Assembly (NCBI RefSeq): GCF_030028105.1
Contig: NC_092370.1
Coordinates: 187,904,005 to 187,968,004, forward strand
DNA from: Mobula birostris
Lineage: Eukaryota
Length of the DNA stretch: 64,000 bases
Direction of reading: 5' to 3'
Under the pieces are notes generated by a model, which saw only the letters and a program-made list of their open reading frames with translations, did not search any database and was not told the DNA's origin. This document shows positions 60,401 to 64,000 of this stretch, in pieces. Numbering within the stretch: position 1 is the stretch's first letter; each line of letters starts with the position of its first letter. The position numbers and the translations under genes were made by a program.

Positions 60401-62446
60401 ATTAGTAAGACAAATGGTATGTTTGTTAATATTGCAAAAGACTTTCAGCACAAGAACAGATGTCTCATCTCTTTTTAATGCAAGTCTTTCATACAACTCT
60501 ATCCAAAAATGAAGGTCTGACATCCTCATCTGTTTACTTGTGATTGAATGAGTGCAACTGAAATTCACCATATTGATTTAAGAGATTGTAGGTTTGTTGC
60601 ACAGAGATTTAACTGACTGCAGTACAGTATATTCTGAGTTTAATAAAACAAGAGGGATTCTTTTCGGATTTCAGAAGGTTAACGTTGATTTGATGTCTTT
60701 GATGTTGATGTTTCTCTTGACAGAGCAAGTTTAGAATCACGGTAACACTCAAAATAAGCAATAGCCATTTATAAAGGGAACAAATTTTAGGAGGCCCATG
60801 ATTCAGTGCAAAGTACGTTCAAAAGATCATTATGTTTTGAAGATACAAGTGAATCAAAGGATTAAGGGGTCGGTAGGAAAACTGTGTGGAGGTACAGAAC
60901 AGTCTTAAGCTTAGAGAATGGAAAAGGCAGAGTCAAATAAGCTGCTCCTACTTCCATTTCTTACAAGTTAATGGATGAGATTTCCTAGTCTTTGGATGGA
61001 CAATCACCCGGCACAGATTGTGGAACAGTGCAATTGCACACCAGGGTGGATATGGTACAATATTCATTAAATATTTATAATTTAAAGTGTGGTTGACCAG
61101 TAAATTCATCATTAACTGGGGGGGGCAACAATCTGCTTACATGATGGCAAGAAACTGGTATCAACAAATAATCCATATTACTTGTTTTTAAATTTTGCAG
61201 GTGTTAATCTTCACATATTCTATCAAGTTCATTCCTTGAAAAGTGATCATTTGATTCCCATCTACAAATGTCAACAGGTCAAACTGAAACACATTTTCTA
61301 AAAAGAACCTTCTTAACTACTTAAATAAAAGCAAATTTCGACATAAATGGGCAGTAATCTCAAAGTTTATCAGCATCCATACAACAATTAAGCCTTCAAT
61401 GCGATGAATACAAAATTGTCAGTGGTGCTGCCCACTAAATATAAAAAACTTGCAAAACTTAGAAAAGACAAGATTCCAATTAAGGAACTCCTAGGCTTTT
61501 TAAAAAAATCTAGTCACTCCAAGAGGTTATTTTAGATCAAGTCTTTTAATATACCATTTTGTGACCATTTCCATTAGCCTTTCCTCTTCTATCGTCTATC
61601 TTAGCGGTAATAAGTGAATCATTTTTAAGGCAAACAAATCGTGGTTGTTATATTGTCTTTAAAAAAAATTCACGAACTAGGTCTTCGACATCTTAAAATG
61701 ACACTATGAAAATAACTTTCAGTATTGCTGCATAGAGATGAGCAGTCTCTGGCTCTCTAAACTAGGCCCATTACTGAGTCCTTGTACAAAAGAGGCAATT
61801 CGGATAACCACCAAAACAACCCACGCTCTCCACATGTCGCCCAGAAACTCAAGTTGTCCCTCCGCGTTAGAGGATTATCCAAAATGAAGCTCTGACCTGG
61901 CACAATGTAAACCAGAGAATTGAGGACCAAGCCACGTTTGGCTTGGCGCAAATTCGTTCAGAACTTAGTGAATGCGCGCATATAGAGAAGGGAGAAAAAA
62001 GCAGACATCATGGTATATGAATAAATTTACATGATCCGACAGTACAAGGCCTACTCACAACCGACACGAGTTTATTACCACTTAAGAAACACCCGGGTTT
62101 TGTCGAGCCTAGGACACGGCGGCCGTGGGAGAGGTTGCTCACTAAACCCCGTGCCGTTAACGTAGATTTCGAACCATTATTTGTTGATTTAAACAATAAT
62201 AATAAGTACGGCCGCGTAAGGGGCTAGAAAGGCAGCGCTAGTATCCCCAGCCATCCGACCCGCGGTTATCAGCCAGAGCATCTGCGCGGAAGAAAGTTTA
62301 GCGACCGGTTGACGAGGTGAAATCGCAACTCACTCGTAACTCCTGAAGATTTCCCTGGTCACCCGACAGTAGAAAACTTCTTCGTCCGGCTTCAGGTCGG
62401 ACGGCGGCTTTCGTCTGACGAACGGCTTACGGTGGAGGAGCGGCAT
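327..62446 (-). CDS. BAZ1A: Bromodomain adjacent to zinc finger domain protein 1A (ACF1); 5' 21 coding exons, 3' end outside window
   Basis: Manual splicing of 21 GT-AG exons gives one stop-free frame with consistent phases (3583 nt). It starts [27 protein letters not shown] and matches recalled human BAZ1A throughout (WAC, DDT, WHIM motifs). Confidence 0.97.
708..1376. mobile_element. Non-autonomous DNA transposon with CAGACATCCCACC TIRs and 6-bp TSD (copy 1)
   Basis: TIRs cagacatcccacc / ggtggcatgtctg; ATATCA at 702-707 and 1377-1382; an internal extra right end finishes at 800; contains a CT-rich tract at ~1050-1272. Confidence 0.8.
2840..2988 (-). CDS. BAZ1A: BAZ1A coding exon 20
   Basis: ttttgtgcag| [49 protein letters not shown] |gttagt; 149 nt. 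Confidence 0.94.
5030..5220 (-). CDS. BAZ1A: BAZ1A coding exon 19
   Basis: tatgagcag| [21 protein letters not shown]...KENGVIKIE...NKA |gtataa; 191 nt. Confidence 0.9.
5760..6070 (+). mobile_element. PLE-related hammerhead repeat, decayed copy
   Basis: Same layout as 59386-59596; cagtaCTGATGAcgggtttcagactGAAAtgttgact at 5946-5982. Confidence 0.65.
6550..7020 (+). mobile_element. Rex1/Babar-type LINE 3' fragment
   Basis: Homologous to 56880-57565 and to the 3' end of 26930-27930; tail aataaatttactttgaacttgaact. Confidence 0.6.
7510..7676 (-). CDS. BAZ1A: BAZ1A coding exon 18
   Basis: aatttccag| DKTLLESKP...[29 protein letters not shown] |gtatgt; 167 nt. Confidence 0.95.
8250..8520 (+). mobile_element. 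Degenerate V-SINE/HE1-like SINE
   Basis: Decayed V-domain-like blocks (gtacatgttctc..., caaagacttg..ttggtagttaattg..aaattccccctagtgtg), recalled from shark/ray HE1. Confidence 0.5.
9050..15085 (+). mobile_element. Old near-full-length CR1 LINE (ORF1 esterase plus ORF2 APE-RT remnants), split by a younger CR1
   Basis: ORF1 remnant at 9130-9690 resumes at 12061 (gttaggtgct|aagttcaagggcagg). Decayed EN/RT with [16 protein letters not shown] and FADD motifs in ORF 13918..14427. CR1-type 3' end at ~15085. Confidence 0.85.
9691..12060 (+). mobile_element. Young 5'-truncated CR1 LINE (ORF2 RT)
   Basis: 447-aa ORF 9898..11241 with [46 protein letters not shown]; ends in (TTCTATGG)2. Confidence 0.95.
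15144..15863 (-). CDS. BAZ1A: BAZ1A coding exon 17 (WHIM2/WHIM3, WSD region)
   Basis: cctatag| [14 protein letters not shown]...[25 protein letters not shown]...[35 protein letters not shown]...FHIP |gtaatt; 720 nt; matches ORF 15124..15834. Confidence 0.96.
16424..17065 (-). mobile_element. Short non-autonomous retroelement (aagatggcg 5' end, ACTGA-repeat tail)
   Basis: Reverse strand starts ggggaagatggcggtgcgacg, retains CpGs, and ends aaaactgaactgaa; no coding ORF. Confidence 0.5.
17643..17722. mobile_element. hAT/Charlie-type mini-MITE
   Basis: CAGGGGTTCCCAACC...TTGGGAACCGTTG termini; interrupts the CR1 'VYMDF' segment; related to 56249-56320. Confidence 0.6.
17965..18270 (+). mobile_element. 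tRNA-derived SINE with CORE-like centre
   Basis: A box TGGCCAAGTGG, B box GTTCGAGCC, CORE-like gtccttgagcaaggcacttaacc; inverted second copy at 52351-52660; sits inside a Rex1-type 3' fragment (~17780-18385). Confidence 0.8.
18870..19335 (+). mobile_element. L1 3' end fragment
   Basis: ORF2 C-terminal LEKI-x-YS...GPF remnant, T-rich 3'UTR, A-rich tail at ~19325. Confidence 0.5.
19907..21030 (-). mobile_element. Rex1/Babar LINE fragment (RT), interrupted by the hammerhead repeat
   Basis: ORF remnants [17 protein letters not shown]...TYVRMLF and [16 protein letters not shown]; TTCTGA-like tail at 19907. Confidence 0.8.
20108..20240 (-). mobile_element. PLE-related hammerhead repeat fragment
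   Basis: Reverse strand reads ggtcCTGAGGAagggtctcagcctGAAACGTCaacc followed by the family tail. Confidence 0.7.
21098..24501 (+). mobile_element. CR1 LINE (ORF1 C-term plus full ORF2 with frameshifts/stops)
   Basis: DRLHLNWRG esterase end; EN and RT motifs in ORFs 21992..22951 and 23251..23694; (TTCTATG)2 tail. Confidence 0.93.
23952..24177. mobile_element. Solo-LTR-like insert (TGTA...TACA, 4-bp TSD)
   Basis: Cleanly interrupts the CR1 sequence gaggtatacaag|ttattaagag; CAAG duplicated at 23948-23951 and 24178-24181. Confidence 0.65.
24898..25040 (-). CDS. BAZ1A: BAZ1A coding exon 16
   Basis: tttctaaag| [48 protein letters not shown] |gttagt; 143 nt; phases 2-1 fit the neighbours. Confidence 0.87.
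26170..26360. repeat. Foldback (inverted) copy of the PLE-related repeat
   Basis: Two family halves in opposite orientation; perfect 14-bp IR TGGATCAGTTAGCA (26221-26234) / TGCTAACTGATCCA (26329-26342). Confidence 0.55.
26930..27930 (+). mobile_element. Rex1/Babar LINE RT remnant
   Basis: [48 protein letters not shown] motifs. Confidence 0.85.
27940..29690 (-). mobile_element. Decayed CR1 LINE
   Basis: ORF 27981..28373 (WAKKWQME...[13 protein letters not shown]) plus upstream EN remnants. Confidence 0.8.
29926..30030 (-). CDS. BAZ1A: BAZ1A coding exon 15
   Basis: cctggcag| [35 protein letters not shown] |gtaagt; 105 nt. Confidence 0.92.
30665..31170 (-). mobile_element. CR1 3' fragment
   Basis: Reverse-strand CR1 C-terminal/3'UTR remnant, similar to 51592-51890. 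Confidence 0.6.
31346..32203 (+). mobile_element. TcMar-Tigger non-autonomous element with MER2-like ends and truncated transposase HTH
   Basis: TA|CAGTTGGTCCTCCTTATCCGC ... GCGGATAAGCAGGGCTACCTG|TA; internal [38 protein letters not shown] is a CENP-B/pogo N-terminal HTH. Confidence 0.85.
31958..32116. other. Assembly gap (159 N)
   Basis: Run of n. Confidence 1.
32727..32892 (-). CDS. BAZ1A: BAZ1A coding exon 14 (WHIM1 region)
   Basis: tttttgccag| [55 protein letters not shown] |gtatgg; 166 nt. Confidence 0.95.
33215..33439 (-). CDS. BAZ1A: BAZ1A coding exon 13
   Basis: ttgttgaag| [51 protein letters not shown]...VYDLTS |gtaacg; 225 nt. Confidence 0.95.
33537..33623 (-). CDS. BAZ1A: BAZ1A coding exon 12 (probable cassette exon)
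   Basis: aattcacag| [29 protein letters not shown] |gtcctt; 87 nt, phase 1-1, weak donor. Confidence 0.88.
34694..34840 (-). CDS. BAZ1A: BAZ1A coding exon 11 (DDT domain C-half)
   Basis: aattcacag| [49 protein letters not shown] |gttaga; 147 nt. Confidence 0.95.
34884..35936 (-). mobile_element. 5'-truncated L1 LINE with 11-bp TSD
   Basis: ORF2 C-term (C..C........MFWSCP knuckle; [10 protein letters not shown]...LEKIR...WKPFI), AATAAA plus A-rich tail; AGCAATTTCTC at 34873-34883 and 35937-35947. Confidence 0.9.
37136..37274 (-). CDS. BAZ1A: BAZ1A coding exon 10 (DDT domain)
   Basis: aatccatag| [46 protein letters not shown] |gtaatt; 139 nt. Confidence 0.96.
38439..39065. mobile_element. 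Same 6-bp-TSD DNA transposon family (copy 2)
   Basis: Ends tagacatcctacc / ggtggaatggctg; GCATTA at 38433-38438 and 39066-39071; shares a ~170-bp internal block with copy 1. Confidence 0.8.
39522..39617 (-). CDS. BAZ1A: BAZ1A coding exon 9
   Basis: aaaacag| [32 protein letters not shown] |gtagct; 96 nt. Confidence 0.95.
40002..40183 (-). CDS. BAZ1A: BAZ1A coding exon 8 (charged coiled coil)
   Basis: cctctgaaag| [61 protein letters not shown] |gtaatg; the AAG acceptor is less certain. Confidence 0.88.
40840..40945 (-). CDS. BAZ1A: BAZ1A coding exon 7
   Basis: ttattctctag| [35 protein letters not shown] |gtaaac; 106 nt; phases 0-1 bridge the flanking exons. Confidence 0.85.
41712..42647 (+). 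CDS. CR1 ORF1p (Zn finger, coiled coil, SGNH/GDSL esterase), 311 aa, open
   Basis: CSRC...[14 protein letters not shown] coil, [26 protein letters not shown]; no stops. Confidence 0.88.
   Translation: MSVRAACCSRCQMWEVVESPSLPDVHTCARCAEMQLLGDCIRELELQLDDLRLVRESEELMERSYRQVVTLGPQEADKWVTARRGKRKSQVIESTLVAVPFDNRYSCLSTVGGDSLPGGSNSGCASGTESGPVAQQGRERKRRAVVIGDSIVRGSDRQFCVRSRETRMVACLPGARVRDISDRVQDILKWEGEKPEVVVHIGANDLGRKRGEVLKGEYRELGRELRKRTAKVVISGLLPVLRDSESRNAMRWRINAWLRDWSKGQGFKFLDHWDLFWRRCDLYKKDGLHLNPRGTNILAGRFARATEVTLN
43496..43679. mobile_element. One end of a Tigger/mariner-type DNA transposon
   Basis: TA|CAGGTGTCCCCC terminus; no partner TIR; joined directly to the CR1 RT segment. Confidence 0.55.
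44985..45756. mobile_element. TcMar-Tigger-like non-autonomous element
   Basis: Imperfect TIRs (t)agtggattccagttagttggacca / tgggcctattaactagaattcactg|TA. Confidence 0.65.
45800..46042 (+). mobile_element. Rex1-type LINE 3' tail
   Basis: [16 protein letters not shown]-terminal motif; tail aaagtcaattcaattca. Confidence 0.55.
46500..47310 (+). mobile_element. Decayed RTE (BovB-like) LINE
   Basis: FVD.TK.F and [15 protein letters not shown]...GRQKK.F remnants characteristic of the RTE ORF. Confidence 0.65.
47852..47980 (-). mobile_element. PLE-related hammerhead repeat fragment, truncated inside the ribozyme core
   Basis: Reverse complement closely matches 59506-59594, but the core reads gGACGA (CU missing) and GAAACAUU. 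Confidence 0.7.
48000..48134 (-). CDS. BAZ1A: BAZ1A coding exon 6
   Basis: ttttattcag| [45 protein letters not shown] |gtgagt; 135 nt. Confidence 0.92.
48524..48727 (-). mobile_element. tRNA-derived SINE
   Basis: Reverse strand starts gctggcTGGTGGTGTAGTGG (A box)...GGTTTGAATCC (B box) and ends aacaaca. Confidence 0.7.
49665..51005 (-). mobile_element. 5'-truncated CR1 LINE (same subfamily as 21098-24501)
   Basis: Reverse ORFs 50592..50903, 50261..50497 and 49908..50219 with RT motifs; TTCTATG tail. Confidence 0.93.
51072..51159 (-). CDS. BAZ1A: BAZ1A coding exon 5
   Basis: cttttaccag| [29 protein letters not shown] |gtaaga; 88 nt. Confidence 0.94.
51440..52120. mobile_element. Two CR1 3' fragments tail-to-tail
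   Basis: Plus-strand 3' end (gggccaaagagcctgtttctgtgct) abuts a minus-strand 3' end (ORF 51636..51941 RGHGLRIEG...[11 protein letters not shown]). Confidence 0.6.
52351..52660 (-). mobile_element. tRNA-derived CORE-like SINE (second copy)
   Basis: Reverse complement of 17965-18270; CTGCACTG direct repeat at 52339-52346 and 52661-52668. Confidence 0.8.
52876..52971 (-). CDS. BAZ1A: BAZ1A coding exon 4
   Basis: tttttgcag| [31 protein letters not shown] |gtgagt; 96 nt. Confidence 0.92.
54753..54911 (-). CDS. BAZ1A: BAZ1A coding exon 3
   Basis: tttttgtag| [38 protein letters not shown]...SPSI |gtaaat; 159 nt, phase 2-2. Confidence 0.92.
55630..55990 (-). mobile_element. Degenerate SacSINE1/DeuSINE-like element
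   Basis: acttgcattt... tail and ggagtgggacttgaac..ctgact..ctcag head (B box GTTCAAGTCC on the minus strand), matching a recalled shark DeuSINE. Confidence 0.5.
56249..56320. mobile_element. hAT/Charlie-type 72-bp mini-MITE
   Basis: CAGGGATTCCCAACC / GGCTGGGAACCCCG termini; 8-bp TSD ATCTATAG/GTCTGTAG (6/8 match). Confidence 0.7.
56568..56846 (-). CDS. BAZ1A: BAZ1A coding exon 2 (WAC domain)
   Basis: ttctttgcag| [54 protein letters not shown]...[16 protein letters not shown] |gtattg; 279 nt. Confidence 0.96.
56880..57565 (+). mobile_element. Rex1/Babar LINE 3' fragment
   Basis: [15 protein letters not shown]...[14 protein letters not shown]; tail aataaatttactttgaa. Confidence 0.75.
59386..59596 (+). 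mobile_element. Short non-autonomous Penelope-like (PLE)-related repeat carrying the hammerhead
   Basis: Pyrimidine-rich 5' part, hammerhead, then GATGCTG..CCTGCTG tail. Flanked by the 10-bp direct repeat GACTTGATAA (59376-59385 and 59597-59606). Confidence 0.75.
59499..59536 (+). ncRNA. Minimal type I hammerhead ribozyme motif
   Basis: UAGUC-CUGACGA-AGGGUCUCGGCCU-GAAAC-GUC^GACUG. Stem I is UAGUC/GACUG, the CUGANGA and GAAA core boxes are present, stem II is closed, stem III is the palindrome ACGU, and the GUC cleavage triplet ends at 59531. Confidence 0.75.
59780..60965 (+). mobile_element. Very old CR1-like LINE remnant
   Basis: Scattered collinear RT/3' pieces (ggggtaatatactggcatgga; cagtggggtac..ctgggatc; ctgctcctact tail). 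Confidence 0.4.
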
Positions 62447-63360
62447 CTCCTCGTTAGACAGGCAGAGCTGTCAGAGAAGGAGGGAAGAACAAAGAGAGAA
62501 TAATATAGAGAGGGGGGAAAACACAAAATAAAATCGGCGCCCGGAGCCGCAGCCCGAGAGCAGGGAGCCCGCACCCGGCCGGCAACGTCTAACCGGCCAG
62601 GAAACTTCACCACCAAACTTAATCGTCGCCGGCGCCGTTCGATCCATCACTGGGGCGCCGCGGCTCCCTGTCGCCGGCAGCACGGCCGAATCCGGAGTCA
62701 AGCGAGGCAGACAATGTGCTCGGCAGTCGCGGTTCCGCGGTGTCGGCACGGCCGCACCAAACGCGGAACAAGTCGCGCCAAGTGTCTCCCAACGAACACC
62801 TGGCCGGTGCCGGACGTTTCACCGCCGTCCGACTTACAGGAGTTGGTGGTGACCGACTCAGTGACCACCACCGGCTGCCTGGTCAGCGCTCGCCGTACCT
62901 GCTCAGTTGCCAAACGCTTCCTTTCCTTTCCGTTCCTTCCCCGCCCGCCGAGCCGCAGCCTCTGCCGCCTCCTTCACTCACTCCGACGCTCGCTTCCCTA
63001 CCCAACCCAACCCAACCCCCTCCCCTCCCGTGACGCCGCCTGCGCACGTACGTCATAAAGGGGGGCAGAACCCACACGCCAATACTTCTCTTCCCATTGG
63101 CCGCGCCGGTGAAGAGGAACGAGTACAGCTCGCTGTCTCGTGCTGTGACGTCGCGTGTGACTGGGATCTGCGCTGGTCGCAGGGCGCTGTGCGCTCGGCC
63201 AAGTGTTCGCTGCTCACTTCGTTCCTTCCTTCCAACGTGGTCTTTTCACATTGTGCGCACTTTGAATTGCTGCCGCTTGGAGCCTTCTTCAGCTGTGACG
63301 GATCCAATTACAGCGCGAGCCTTGCTCGAACTTTTTTTTCCCATTCAACTTGCCGCCGGA
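62040..63360. promoter_or_regulatory. CpG island / BAZ1A promoter and non-coding first exon region
   Basis: Sharp rise in GC and CpG over the CpG-depleted background, spanning the ATG exon. GC box at 62941-62946; CCAAT boxes at 63079-63083 (+) and 63096-63100 (-); CRE-like TGACGTCG at 63146-63153. Candidate minus-strand 5'UTR donors after 62838 (CCT|gtaagt) and 62899 (CAG|gtacgg). Confidence 0.85.
62334..62446 (-). CDS. BAZ1A: BAZ1A coding exon 1 (start codon, WAC N-term)
   Basis: gaggagATG CCG CTC CTC CAC...; [37 protein letters not shown](D); donor GA|gtgagt. A polypyrimidine tract plus CAG acceptor puts the exon 5' edge at 62467. Confidence 0.95.
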
Positions 63361-63825
63361 ATGGGGAGAATGAGTTGATGGTTTCGCAGAGGTGGTTTCC
63401 TGACCACGACTGTGTTGCGATTTGGAAAACGAGTGGGGTAGAAGACCGGTTGCTGCCTACCATTCTAAATTATTGTCTAACCTACTCAATAGAAAACAGA
63501 CTTTGTTTACAGAAGCTCAAGCCGTTGTGCGGTTGTCCGAGTCAGAAGATAACATTCCAGTACTGGACCTGGCCATATTTACCTTCGTTGGCAGAGGTGC
63601 TGTCTTCAGATGAAACGTTAAATTGGAGTGAATATCAAATATCTCTTTGTGTTATTCAAAGTTGAGAAGAGTTCACTAAACCAACGTGATTAAAATAGGT
63701 AATCAGATCATTATATCGTTTTGTGACGTTTCATTATGTTTACACAATGCCAGTAAAGCTGCTTGCTTGACAGTTCGAGAGACCCGCGTTCAATACTATC
63801 TAATGTTGTTATTCTCATTCACTTT

Positions 63826-63930
63826 ATTTTGAATAAGGACTGAGAGTCAACGCATGATTTATTGTAAATAACTTTATTTATTGAATAAGGACTCAGAGTC
63901 AACGAATGTTTTTTGTAAATAACTATTTTG
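63826..63930. repeat. Two-copy ~52-bp tandem duplication
   Basis: ttgaataaggact(g/c)agagtcaacg(c/a)atg..ttgtaaataact repeated. Confidence 0.8.
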
Positions 63931-64000
63931 TAATATTTCTGAATAAAGTACATTTTTGGGGGGAAAAATCTCATTCACTCTGCAACTAATGTAGCTTTGA

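Noticed and set aside
62907-63665. 252-aa plus-strand ORF, and other ORFs across the CpG island
   Set aside because: Non-ATG start, no recognisable domain, GC-rich stop-poor sequence, and it runs through a probable SINE relic; most likely spurious.
1-64000. Prokaryotic systems (CRISPR arrays, operons, defence islands)
   Set aside because: No repeat-spacer array or dense gene packing; the window is an intron-rich vertebrate locus.

Overview
Eukaryotic (vertebrate) genomic DNA. The repeat content suggests a cartilaginous fish, probably a ray (inference). The window holds the CpG-island promoter and the first 21 coding exons of BAZ1A/ACF1 (the ISWI partner subunit of ACF/CHRAC) on the minus strand. 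I spliced the exons by hand using GT-AG sites: ATG at 62446, last visible exon 327-416, 3583 nt in one continuous frame (~1194 codons). The exons cover the WAC, DDT and WHIM regions; the PHD and bromodomain exons must lie left of position 1. Introns are packed with transposable elements, often nested: CR1, Rex1/Babar, L1 and RTE LINEs, several tRNA-derived SINEs, Tigger and hAT DNA elements, and an LTR-like insert. There is one 159-nt N gap. The best candidate for something under-described is a short Penelope-related repeat family carrying minimal hammerhead ribozymes: one TSD-flanked copy (ribozyme 59499-59536) looks fully intact and is antisense to BAZ1A, while the copies in the BAZ1A-sense orientation are damaged. 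Also notable are a modular non-autonomous DNA transposon with 6-bp TSDs, a K/D-rich BAZ1A exon absent from the human protein as I recall it, and a weak-site cassette exon. All homology calls come from recalled family and protein motifs, not database searches.
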